DNA of 64,000 nt, taken from contig OZ336870.1 in assembly GCA_965287045.1 (NCBI GenBank), positions 41,788,001 through 41,852,000 on the forward strand. The letters run 5' to 3'. The notes beneath the pieces were generated by a model, which was given only the letters and a program-made list of their open reading frames with translations, searched no databases and had not been told where the DNA came from. This document shows positions 38,002-50,808 of this stretch, one piece after another (position 1 is the first letter of the stretch; each line of letters begins with the position of its first letter). This DNA comes from Carcharhinus amblyrhynchos. Lineage: Eukaryota. The position numbers were made by a program, and so were the translations under genes.

Positions 38002-38230
38002 CCTGGTTACTGATGACAAAGTAATCACATCTCAGTGCTCCTTATGGTTTTTTTTGCTATGTCACTAATAATTTCTGATTTTCATATGGAATATGTATTA
38101 AAATAGCTAAAGGACACTGATCATGATGACTGAAGATGTATGGGGTTAGAAAATCACACCAGGAGCTAACTTGTTTACAAAAGTAAACAATTGATAGAAT
38201 GGTTTTACTGTCAATGCGGCATATTGTGGG

Positions 38231-38395
38231 ACAAAGAACAAGGAAAAGTACAACACAGGAACAGGCCCTTTAGCCCTCCAAGTCTGTGCCGATCATGATG
38301 CCCTAACAAAACGAAAAAAGGCCTCTGCCCTTACTCAGACCGTATTCCTCTATCCCTTCCCTATTCATGCACCCATCCAGATACCTCTTAAATGT
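38231..38395 (-). mobile_element. CR1 3' UTR fragment
   Basis: acaacacaggaacaggccctttagccctccaagtctgtgccgatc. Confidence 0.75.
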
Positions 38396-41300
38396 AATGG
38401 TTTCAACTTGTGTTCCATTGCAATGTTCCTTATTTGTGCACACAATTCCTATGAACCAAGTCATGCATGAACCAACTTAAAGCCGCGTGCCTTAGCAATG
38501 TGTCACCTGAGCCAAACCTGGAAATTGCATGGGCTGCCTACCTGCTCTCTCCAAAAGCCAGGAAAGAAATCACACTAATGGACCATATTGTTCTGATTAA
38601 ACCTACTAACCAGTTTTATCATGTGAAAGTAAGTAAGTTAAACGAGTGGCAAAAAAAATTGTAACACATCAGTGCATTTTCTTGAATATTTGAAACCATG
38701 AGTGATACCACAGTATTTAAAATTCTCAAGAGACTGTATGACCGTCTCTGTTGATTTTTTTTAAAAACATATACGAATTCACAGTTTTAACTCTCAGAAT
38801 TCTGGAGCTCTGCAATTAAAAGGAAATAAGTGAATTTAACACACGAAACAAAGCTGTGGCAATTAGGCCAGGGGTTCATGTAGTCTCACAGATTAAAAGA
38901 TTATTTTCTTCACTCAGCGATTTTTTTTTTAAAGAAGTCCCAAATCCTTTCCAAACAGGCACATAAACAAGTTTTCAATTAATTATTTATTCAAGGCAAA
39001 TAGATCATGAATTGCCAGTTTTTGACGCCTAGATGTTTTTTTACATTTTCTAGCACTAGGTAGGCATTCCAATTAGTTTGAGCCTGAGCAATCATTATGC
39101 ATCTCCACTCATAGTGACAATCTAGCATATATTAAAATGCATCTGAAGCCCTGATGGTGGAACTATTTATAGAGAAAGACATAAACAAAGGTGGATCAAT
39201 CTTCTTTGCCTTTCAGTGTTAAACTTAAAGAGCATCCATACATTCTCTCAAAACTCCCAGGTCCCCAAGTGAGGACAAAGGACAGAGTAAATCATATGAA
39301 AAACAGCAGCTATAGATTCCATTTTAAATATCCTAGTGCCTAGGATTGGCTACTATTTAAACTCAGACGTAAAAATATGCTATAATTTGAAAAGGACTGA
39401 TTTAGTGAAGGGTTCCATAAAAAAAAAGTTAATCTATTTTTCAAATGCTGCTTTGACCTGCTGGTTGTGAATTTTCAACACTTTTCATTATTATGTCATC
39501 ACGGTATAATTACTTTACGCAAAATCTCATCAGCATTCATCACAAGGGCACAGTACTCATTTAACCATTAGATTATGACTGCTGCCCTTGTTTAAAATAC
39601 ATAATAGTTGAAACATCAGATAAGGCACAGTGTTCTAAAGGCACCTGGCGAGAAATGCAAGGAAAGAAATCCTAGCCTGAACAATCCCATTTTATCCCCT
39701 CTCCTAGTTCTGTTCCTCTAAAATGATCTCAACGGCATATTGACCTGAACAATAGAATGAAGTATATGGGCTGGCTGGGCTGTTTCAGTCTTTACTTTCC
39801 TATGGGTCTCTGCTGCATTCATTGTAATCTAATTGAAAATAATAACATTCAGTATACGATCAGCATGACAGTAAGCAAGACGTCGAATCAAAATAGTCAG
39901 TAATTCTTACATCCTGTACTCCAAACTATTTCAAGTGAATGTATTCAGGAAAATCTTTGGTCTGAAATCAGCTCTTTACAAAACACATTCTTTGAGGTAA
40001 CACCGCAAAACCAGCAGAACGATCTGAGCACATTTCTTATAATTAGATTTTGGCTTTGTGTGCCAATCACAGATTTATCAACCATTCAGATAAACTGCAT
40101 CCTTCCTGACAAGATTATTGAAGCAATATCTTTGTATGTACATATGCTGACATTTACAAGGCATCCTCATGCTTAATCCTAGCTCACACTCCTGTACCCT
40201 ATCACAGCAAAGGGGGATGTCAATCAAGCTGGAAGGATATAGCCAGCACATCTGGTTAATCACTGCACTCACATTTGTGCCTTGATATTTATTTCCAGCC
40301 AGAGATCTCTGGTCTATTCTCCCTGTCATTCGAGAGCAATGTGTATAATTTATTAAGTAGCTAAACTGCATTATGAATAAGGGATGAGGCCAGCCATGGG
40401 ATTGAGAGAATGTAGATACAAACTCACGACTGTGAACTGACTTAGGTGAGCTTTGCGCTCCAAAAGATGACGACATCTGTTTCAAGAAGTTGAAGTGTGG
40501 AGGAATTTTGATGTCCGCTGCTGGGGCTCTGGTCAAAAAAAAACCTTTAAAAGAAAGTTCATGGAAAGACAATCTGCTAATGGGTTTTTGCAGGCTGTCT
40601 CAGCATATGGGAGGAAATGTCTCAAATTTTCTAGATGCCCCAAGCCTTCTCTACAATCTTAAAAATAACACATATGTTGAATAAATTGAGACGAATGGCA
40701 AATGAATTAAAATGCGTTTTGTGAAATAAGGAAAAGGACAATCTTAAATTAATCCTCCTTTCTGAATAACATTTTCCTTTTACTTGAATCAAGTATTATG
40801 TTTGGTGCACTTGATTCACACATACAAATAATCATTAATCGTAATGCGGATACATGTCCATGTGTAGCAATTCTGGTATCTCCTCCAAGTGGCCAACCCT
40901 TATGTATGAATCTAGATAGTGAGCAAAAATGTAGACTGATCAACCATAAACCTGATTTCAACCCATGTTCATTCATTTTCTTACTCAATATTCATACAGG
41001 CTCCCTTTCCAAATGGATGACATTCAGGATCAGTTGCTCTTCCCAGACGACAAACTTGATGCAGATAGAGATTCCCAAATGTGATGATCGGCAAACAAAG
41101 CACAGGTAAGACATAAAGCATCAAAGTTGTGACTTTCTGGTCTTTATGCTTCAATATCCATGATAGGTTGTTTCTATTAACTCATCAGTGAGTTCCTTCC
41201 ATATAATTGAGCTAAATGACAATAACACAATCTTCTATTGTATGCAACATATGTTTAATGATAATCACTCCTATTGCATGGACAGAATTAACAACACAAT

Positions 41301-41590
41301 TTTAGTTCTTTCAGAAAGCAGCAATCATTTTGTTTAGCTTAGAGCTTAGGAATATGCAGGATAAGGGTCAGCACATTTAACTCTGAACTCAAGTTCAAAG
41401 TGCAGACTGCCAGGATATTAGTCCATGTTTTCCAGTAGAGGCGATAAGAGCTCAACATTAAGTAATAAATTGGGTAGCAGCTTTTGGATTTGGCAAATGG
41501 ACAATCAAACATGGAAAATAGGAAAGTACTGTTCAGGATGGTCAGCTAGTTCAGACATTACACCTTAACAATATCTCACTAAGAGACTTA

Positions 41591-42805
41591 GGGAGCGATC
41601 TTACCCAAACAATTCTAAGCGCCAAATTGGGAGAGAATCGCATACATTTTTGGATGCGTTCTCAAACACAATCTTATGCCACTTAGTGCAAAAAAGGAGG
41701 CAAAGTATGATTCACACCAATAAGTGGAGTGGACAGAGTTTATTTCAGCTGGAAATCCAGCTGCTGACAGCTAGAGGTCTCCATTGTGCATGTGCCTTGA
41801 TCTCTCAGTGTTCTATGTACAAGTGTACATACTATACTGAGAGATCTATCACTCCCCCTGGGATATTGCCCCCTCCCCCCCCAATCCTGCCAACCACCAC
41901 CTCCCACTCTGGGCATCATTTCCCCCCCCACCCCCTCCCGAATTCTGACCTCCCCAGCTAATCACTGGCCTCCCTGGTTGACATGATGTGGAGATGCCGG
42001 CGTTGAACTGTGGTAAACACAGTAAGAAGTCTCACAACACCAGGTTAAAGTCCAACGGGTTTATTTGGTAGCAAAAGCCACTAGCTTTCGGGTCTCTGAC
42101 CGTTCATCAGATGAGTGGAGCGTTCTGAGTCATCCCCTGTTTGCGATCAGAACTCTCCAGTCACCTGACGAAGGGTCAGATGCCTGAAAGTGAGTGGCTT
42201 TTTCTACCAAATAAACCTGTTGGACTTTAACATGGTGTTGTGCGACTTCTTATTCCCTTGATGATCCATGGCCTGATCCCCTCCCCCTGCCAATCACTGT
42301 CCTGATAGCCCCCCTGGATGATGGTTGCCCTAGCCGATCCCTGATTGTCCCACCCCACTTAGGGCCCATCTCTTGGCACTGCCCAGTGCCAGGATGTCCA
42401 ATGGACCATGTCAGGGTACTTAGTGGGCTGTGCCAGACAGGTAGTGCCAGGCTGGCAGTGCCCAAGGGATACTGCCCCCCTGTCCCCGAACACTTGGGGG
42501 CATTAGCAAGGCTATTACATCTGGTCCCCATAGTTTGGGGACCATAGGTGATCCTCGCCAGTGAGGATCTCCATTGGAGAGGCCAGTTAGGCAAGTGAGC
42601 CCGGACGATCCTGTCTTGGCCTCACTAATAATATGTAAATTCACACTGAATATTAGAATTAGCCTTGCACCCTTCCCCAGCGTGAGGCTGATTACACCAG
42701 CTTCACAATGCCAGTAGTGCTGCGAGAGACAAGAAATCAGGCACGAATGTCATGCTGGCTCACCGCACTGGTTGACCGGAGGCACAAGCTGGTAAGATTG
42801 CCCCC
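41591..42805. mobile_element. PIF/Harbinger-like MITE, about 1.2 kb, with a nested Penelope-type hairpin
   Basis: TIRs gggagcgatcttacc and ggtaagattgccccc, flanked by tta and tca. The left part is homologous to 47338-47600. Confidence 0.7.
41982..42253. mobile_element. Penelope-like hairpin element
   Basis: Tail catgatgtggagatgccggcgttg..., inverted arms, cores at 42083-42110 (-) and 42164-42190 (+), imperfect TSD tccctggttga/tcccttgatga. Confidence 0.85.
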
Positions 42806-43345
42806 TCAGAATTCAAATACATGAAGGACACGCCGGATCAGTAACTACCCCATTAGATATACCTACTAAATATAACAGAAAGTTCTATGGCTTGTCTAAT
42901 CATTTGGAAGTGAATTTTTAATGGTGTGATAGGTCTTGATCACTGTCAAACAATCTCTCTGGCACAGAAAATCTAATTTTACAAGTAAGCATTCCTTCAG
43001 ATTTTAATCATCGCTGGAGATTTTAAAACATTTAAAGATGAAAATGTTCTTCTTAATTTTTCCTCTATTTCTCTCTCTTTCATACCCACTTTTCTTTCCC
43101 TGTCTTTATTTCACTTCCTGTGCACAAAGTGACCCGAATTAACAACATGCTCAAATTTCCTGATTCAAACTCTGTCTGGTTAAAAAGAATTCTACATCCT
43201 TATTAGTTAAGAAAACACATTGTTGTTTCTCCTATTCATGAAGGTGGCAAATCTCCAATAGAGGGTGCCACTTTTCTTTTGGCTTCCTAGTAACTGAAAT
43301 TTCCAGTGTAAATTGTCAATAGACAATTGAAACATAACATGTGCT

Positions 43346-43630
43346 GGAGGTCTTGTGGTGCAGTGGTAGCATCCCTATCTCTGGACCAGAATCTGTAGAC
43401 TCACATCTTTCTTCAGAACTTGATGGCTGTGGAAAATGCATTCATAACATAGCCAATCAGATTGATTATCCACCTATAAATCTTCCAAATATGTTTGATA
43501 GTACAGAGTCCTGGTCAGCCACGCAGTAGAACGCAATGGCAAACCACCAGAGTACTTTTCCAAGCATAACCATGAACCAATCCAATGGCAGTCCAATGCC
43601 TTTTTAGGGCATGGTGCCTGAAGGAGGAGG
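43346..43630 (+). mobile_element. tRNA-derived SINE with an RTE-type tail
   Basis: A box tggtgcagtgg. gcaatggcaaaccaccagagtacttttccaag resembles the RTE/BovB-type 3' motif ATGGCAACCCACTCCAGTATTCTTGCC. Confidence 0.55.
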
Positions 43631-44114
43631 CCTAATGAACAGTGGATGCTGTTCATTGACCACTGGCTACAAAATCTGCTTCAGTATTTTTCTCTCTCCT
43701 GCCTATTAGAGTTTCCATGAAAAAAATATTAACTACACTCTTGGGATACAGCATCAATGATGATACTGGCATTTATTGTCCATGGCTATTTGCCCTGGCA
43801 GCTGAGTGGTTTGTTAGGCCACTTTAGAAGGCAGTTAATAATAAATCACGTTGTGTGGAATATATAGGGTAATATATAGATCAAATTCGGAATGAGTAGT
43901 AACTTTCCTTCCTTACTAGGATGTTAGATTTGGTCAGTCCCAAAACAAGCCTTTGAGGGTTCAGCACAAGACTGCCTACAAGTATAAATATGCTGGCAGT
44001 CTTACTTAGTTAGGCAAGATAAAAATTGCCTTAGTGGAAATGGAAATTTAACACGAGTGCTTTTCTGAGGTTGGGGCGAGCCAAATTAAAGGCAGAGTAG
44101 ACAAAGCTGACCCC

Positions 44115-44245
44115 ATGCCAGAATTCTCCATTTTTGCATGCCCTGCTGCCACTGCCAACAAAAACATGGCACTCAGCCAAATCTCCATTCACTGCAGCGG
44201 GACTGGAAAATCCCAGCTGCGGGCGAGGCTGGAGAATCCAGCCCC
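44115..44245. mobile_element. Short MITE
   Basis: gccagaattctcca ... tggagaatccagccc. Confidence 0.5.
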
Positions 44246-46779
44246 ACATTTGGTGATTCATGCTCTTCATGACATTGGCAGCAATTCCACTCTGTCGTCG
44301 CTATGAGAGGAGAACAGTTATTAGAAGGCAGCTCTATGCAGGTCAAATATTGCAGAAGGATTAACAGGCCCACAAGCATTTTATAGAAGGAAATCAAGTC
44401 ACTTGATTATTGAAAAGCTAAGCAACACATGTTGAAATGTTGTTGTGATGGAAATAATGTTCTTGTAATGTGACTAACCTCATCACAAAGTCCTAGCCAG
44501 TGGTTTTAAAGCCATACTATTTTCATTAAAATATAATTGGTATTTTCTTTAGCCCCCGGAGGAGTAAGCTGTTACTGCCATATACAATGTTACATGATTT
44601 CATTGTGTATTTGCAATCAAATAGAATGTAATGCCAATTGTTTTATCATAAAGCTGTTGGCACTTTAATCGCTTTCAGTAATTTAAAAAAAGACTTGCAC
44701 ATCATAGTTCATATGTATTAGTTTAAACAGCGAAAGACAGAAAATCCATGAAACCATGCCTTATTTCTTCAGTGACACAGTAGACCCACCATGCCGTGTC
44801 CCCATTCCCTGAGGATGTTCCTGTGAGGTTGTTATAGAGTTGCTCTATTGATTGCAATGGGGTACATGGCTTGTAACCAACCTTTGATCCAGCCTGCCCA
44901 AGGGAAAACGTATTACCAACTGGGTAACCGGCAATCAGCATACTTTTTCCAAGATAGGTGACTCTAGACTAGTGCCAAGATTAGTCCATAGTTACATTTC
45001 CAATTACAACCAGTAGGATTGCTTAATAATACAAGGCGCCTCCACATTCACACCAGAACTGTCCAGAGGTGAGAATTCTTCTATCAAGGGAAGATCCTAG
45101 ATGTTTATTTTTCCTTAATCAACATATATTTCCAAACCTTTTCCAAAAAGATATTTTGAAATACTTTCAACACAAAATATTCCCCCTTACATTTATATGC
45201 CTTTTTAGCTTTCTTCTTCACATCATTTGTCAGTTGTCAAAGTCTTCAGTAGAAACTAGAGAAACAAATATTTAATTTGACTGAAGATTACCTTGTGTTT
45301 GAGAGCAGACATTTTGTACTCTTTTACAGCCTTGAAAGATGCTATCTATTGGATTACTTTAATCCTGGATAAAAAAGTTAGCTGCTAATAAATTGACACC
45401 TCTTTAAATGAGCTGAGGAAAGGCTACATGCACATTAGGTGAAGAAATTATTTGACAAAATCTATTTGAAAATATTGCCATAATTGAATTTTGCTAAGAC
45501 TTCAATTTATTTTATTTTTATAATTGGATTGCATGATAGAAGAGAAAAAAATGGATGTTGTTTTATTAATGTACCTAGATAGCTGAAAGACTATCTTCCC
45601 TTACTGTGGTGTGCATAAATGGAATTTAATCAAAATCATGACAGAATTAAATAGTTCTCCATTAAACTGTGGAATTATTTTTGGAAAGCTTTTTAATCTA
45701 GTCAACGACCTCAACCCATCTGATCATCACCTTTAGTCACCAAGAAGGCCATGTGCAGTCTGAACTCACTCTGACCTCTAGGGGAAAAAGGAAAAAGATT
45801 TTCAATTAGGTTCTGAATCAATTAAAACTTCAGACATTCATCCCATCAGCACTTTAGGAATTTTGTTTGATACAAACCCGCCGCTCACATTTCCGCGAAT
45901 GGTTTTAAATGTTAACCAAATCATGATGGAAAAGAACTGTCCATCACGGTTGAATGAGGGGACCCTTGTTGGTTTAATTGAGGTGATGTCCTTTCTACTG
46001 GCTGACAAGAACTGAACAATTAAGGACAAACATTGCAAGTTACTCATCTCAGTTTTGGCAGGAGGTCTGAGGCACTCCAGCTTGTTGGGCACTGAAAGTC
46101 TCGAGCAATGTTCAAACTACAAAAGGTATAAGGGTATGTTTCTTTTCCGCAGCTATTACAGAGATATGAATTCTTCTCCTTGGTCTGCTATGTGCGTGCA
46201 CTGCTAACCGTTCTGTCTCCCATGTTTAGACAACGTAACATCTTTGATTTTGTCAACTTTCTTTCTTTTAATTTCCCTGTGCTAAATATCATATTCCAAT
46301 GAAGTACACTGGTAAATAACATTTTGGATGCTTTCTAATGCTGCTCTATAATTAGCTGGAAGAAGACAATAGCACCTTGGATCACTTATTGTAAGATAGT
46401 GGAATGAGATTTATTGTTATCTGTAATAACAAATGGTTGGCAATAATGTGTACGAATGAATTGGAATTTGTCGATTGTTAGATGAAACACAGGAGAATAT
46501 GCCAAATGTAACTCTGAATGCCTGCAGACTGCTGAGCTGAGGATGGATGTAGCCTATTACAAAGGAACCAGTGTGAAATGAATGTTATGCAATGGGAGAA
46601 GACTTGTGTCTCCTTAAGGTGTTGAATTAAACTACCATGGCTCAATTTACTACTAATAATTTTACCGATTATTTTACTCGCTGATACATTGTAAAGATAG
46701 AAGTCTGTTTTTGATAATCTGAATAAATTTTATTTACAGTACTTTAAACAATTTTAAATTGCCTGTGCCAAAAAAGTCG

Positions 46780-46863
46780 CTGTAAAATTCACCCCTCCAT
46801 TCCATCAGCCTGGTATGCAATTTAATTCTGCAGGCTGATGGAGTGGAGAGGTGAATTTTACAG
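46780..46863. repeat. 33-bp inverted repeat with an 18-nt loop
   Basis: 46780-46812 matches the reverse complement of 46831-46863 at 31 of 33 positions. Confidence 0.9.
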
Positions 46864-47337
46864 TAACATTCTGAAGAGCATTAATTGGCTTGATATGGGC
46901 ATCTTGCCCCTCCAATCTCTGACAGCCAATCAGATTGGCTGGAAGCTCTCTGGTCCTGGGAAAAGCAGCCAATGCTGAGACTCCTTTCAGTCCTAAAGAA
47001 GAACTAAGAGATGGCTGATTGGCCACTTGAAAGAATGAGTTGGCACAAGGAAAGGGAGGTGTCCAAGGATTCTCCCACCACCCATTAAATTTGGCCAGGT
47101 CCGGCGCGGGGATGCAAATGGCAAGAAATGCAGCCGCAAAGCTGCACCCTGCAAGCCTGCACTCAAGGAACAGAAAATTCTGTCCCACATTTGAGCAGAC
47201 CTCCTGTCGGAACAGGGGTTGGAGTCTCAAGGAAGTTCTGTCACATCAGCAAATAGCCATTGACTGTAAAAGACTGGATAAAAGTAACAGTGGCCGGCTA
47301 TTGGTCTGGCTCATAGAGGAGCAAAGATAAACAGAAT

Positions 47338-47602
47338 AGGGGCAATCTTACCAAAATCATTTCAGTGCCAAATGAGTGTGAAAACAGAAGAGAAGAGCAC
47401 CCATTTTGGGGGCAAACTCTCCGACACATCTTGTGCTATTTAGTGCAAAAAAAGAGGCAAAGTGTGATTCACATGAGTCAGGGAGTGGACAGAGTCTATT
47501 CATGCTGGGAAGCCAGCTACTGACTGCAGGGGGTGCTACTGCACATGCACCTTGATCTCTCAATGTTCTGTGTACAGGTGTATATAGTACACCAAGTGAT
47601 CT
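47338..47602. mobile_element. Harbinger-like MITE left-end fragment
   Basis: ggggcaatcttacc TIR, collinear with 41591-41850. Confidence 0.7.
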
Positions 47603-49429
47603 TAAAGTTGGTTTCCAGCCAATGAAGTACTTAAATCTGTAATGTCAGAAATGATGATATCTGTATCTGATCTGTTTGGAACTGTAAATTGCTGCCTGTA
47701 ATGTATCACTTTCTGTTTGAAAATAAACGGTTTGCAGTAACCAACTGGTATCACGTTTGAAGGTGACACACCTGGACACAACTCATTACATAATACTGTG
47801 GTTTAATAATTTTGGGAGCTTAGCTGAAGCGTTATTGATGTGCACTACAATTAACTTCAGCATCACCAGGTTAGGGAGAGGAAACAAAACAACCACGATT
47901 CTTCCTTGCCATCAGCATTCAACAACCTGGATTAGAAAGTGCGCTATGTGGACAGGTTTGAGCGCCATTGTGGAACTTTCAATGCCTAGAATCAGCTAAC
48001 ACAAAATATGCCTCTTTGGGTGAGGAAGTGAGGAGCTAATGTCACCTGCAGAGGCATGATTTAGCATTTTCAAGGGAGGGACAGAGAAAGGAGGAGAAAA
48101 ATTAATTATGTTGCAATTGGAAGAGCATTTGAACAATGCCATTCTATTTGTTGTACATCAATTATCCAGGCCTGCTATCTATCGCTTCAGTCTCAACATT
48201 AAAATCTGAAGTTGCATGATTGTAAAACAGCCAAAGGATAAAGGGAGTGAAGCATCTTGTAAGCCACGGCTTACAGCACCAAGATGAGTCAGTACAAAGG
48301 ATGTTGTGATAATAAAAGTACCAATAAAAGCGTTACTTTATATTTACAACAGTATTGGCTGCTTGAAAACATCTGGATTGTGTCTTTTTCCTTGGCTGGT
48401 CTGTGGGAGGGAGAACTATAATATATTCAGCAGAATCATAATGTATTTGGCAGAATCAGTCAGTTTAGAGAAACTTCCAATCGAATTTGATTCTATCGCA
48501 AACAAAAGGGTTTGCAGGGAAATAAACAGGAGAAACTGTAGCTTTTATATTGCAAGATAATTATAAAGAATGTGCACCCAGCAGGCAGCTACTCATGCGG
48601 GGTTCACAGTAAGAACAAAGAAATTACAATTAGAACAAAATATTCACACTGATTTTCTACAAAATCTGGGTATGTCTCTATAACTCACCATTGTAGGTAC
48701 AGGAATTATATATGCATTAGTGCAGATGTTTCTTTTTTTAACACTATTTATAGATATGTTTATCTTGAGAAAAAAATCATACATACTAGGCTTCAGGACA
48801 AGAACAGTGGAAGTGATGGCCTCTAAGAAACAAATTTCACACAGGAATTAATAGTTCTCAAGGAAAGTTTAATAGTTTTCTCAGTTTCCTGGATTAGATC
48901 TTGGGGACAAAAAGAAATTCAGTGGCTGTGCTAACATATTTCTTGCTAGAAAATTAGGTATTCATCATGTTTGCTTGAAAACAGTTCAAACATTGTTTGA
49001 GAAAGCAGGATTAAGCGATTGAGTTGGACAATCAGCCATAATCGTAATGAACAGTGGAGTAGGCTTGAAGGGCCGAATGGTCTCCTCCTGCCCCTATCTT
49101 CTATGTTTCGTTTCTGAGAATGAGCAACAACTTGTATTTCAGCAGCACTCTTGAACTGGCTGGAATTTTCAATTCCCACACCCACCCACAACAGTGGGTT
49201 TACCCGCAGTGGAGGCAGCTCAATCTTGGCCACCTGCAGGAAGTTCCGGTCCCATCAAAAGCCACCACATTTTGCACAGTTCACTCATGGGGGTTGACTT
49301 TGGTGGGGCCAGGAGATCCTGCCAGTGGGAGAGGCTGGAAAACCTAAAATTTTACAGTAACAGGAGGCTATTTGGCCAATTGTTCAGGTACTAACAGGCC
49401 TGAGCAGGAAAACGTCTGGGAGAGTTTTG

Positions 49430-49980
49430 TATTATTAAGACCCTTGTCAGACCCCACTTGGAGTACTGTGCGCAGTTCTGGTCGCCTCACTACAGGAAGG
49501 ATGTGGAGGCTATTGAGAGGGTGCAGAGGAGATTTACAAGGGTGTTGCCTGGATTGGGAGGCATGCCTTATGAAGATAGGTTGAGGGAGCTAGGTCTCTT
49601 CTCCCTGGAGGGATGAAGGTTGAGAGGTGACCTGAAAGAGGTTTATAAAATGTTGAGAGGAATAGATCAGGTGGAGTCTCGGAGGCTATTTCCCAGGGCT
49701 GAAATAGTCACTACGAGAGGACACAGGTTTAAGGTGCTGGGAAACAAGTACAGAGGAGATGTTAGGGGTAAGTTTTTCACTCAGAGGGTGGTGAGTGAGT
49801 GGAATCGGCTGCCGTCAGTGGTGGTAGAGGCGAACTCGCTGGGGTCTTTTAAAAGATGAGTATATGGGATTTAATGAGATTGGGAGTTACAGATAGTTCT
49901 ATGGCTTGGTAGGTATGGATGTGATCAGCGCAACTCGTGGGCCGAAGGGCCTGTTTGTGCTGTAGTGTTCTATGTTCTAT
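49430..49980 (+). mobile_element. CR1 LINE 3' end
   Basis: RGDLKEVYKMLRGID...RGHRFK...FFTQRVVSEWNRLP. Ends gttctatgttcta. Confidence 0.9.
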
Positions 49981-50559
49981 TATGGATGATGAGGAACAGC
50001 CAACAATGAGAAGCAACCAAAAGGAGGAAAATTGAGGATGAGAAAAGGGGGAAAAAGATATGGGACCGGAGTTTCACTACGTGGGTAGGCAGTTCAAGTT
50101 GAAAATACTTTCAACTTGGAAGAACCCCTCAATTTGACAGGGTTTGTTACATTAGATATTTGCTCTGAGGCAGTTGAAGCAGGATAGAGTCATGTCTACA
50201 AGTCTTAGAAGCAAATTGTAGATGGCTACGAGGACAGGCTGAGGCTGAGGTTAAAAGTCCCGCCTCAGTTCCCTGGACTTTGTCCCAGTGTTTTCTTTAA
50301 GGCTTTAGATCTTTCAGTCCTCACACTTCACATCCCTTCAACACCCCCCACCCATTTCTCATGCCCTCTCCATGCCATCCCATGACCTCTCCACGACACC
50401 TTTTTAGCTGCACATAGAGAATCCACACTCGAGAGACTTCAACAACCATGTGGAGATGAAACAATACTTGCCACGATCTAACTAAGTTCTCACTCACACA
50501 TATTTGATGTAGAAAAAAATCTCTCATTCATGACACCCATGCAAAGATTTTTGAGAGTT

Positions 50560-50808
50560 CAATCAAAAGGATGTGTACAAGGCAGATTTTTTACGCAGAG
50601 GGTGGTGAGTACCTGGAGCTCGTTGCTGGGGGAGGTAATGGAAGCGGGTACGATAGTGACTTTTAAGGGGCGTCACGACAAGTACATGAATAGGATAGGA
50701 ATAGAGGGATAAGGTCTCCTGAAGAGTAGGGGGTTTTAGTTAGTCAGGCGGCATGGTTGGTGCAGGCTTGGAGGGCCAACCCTGTTCCTGTGCTGTAATT
50801 TTCTTTGT
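50560..50808 (+). mobile_element. CR1 LINE 3' end
   Basis: GRFFTQRVVSTWSSL, followed by the CR1 3' UTR. Confidence 0.85.
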
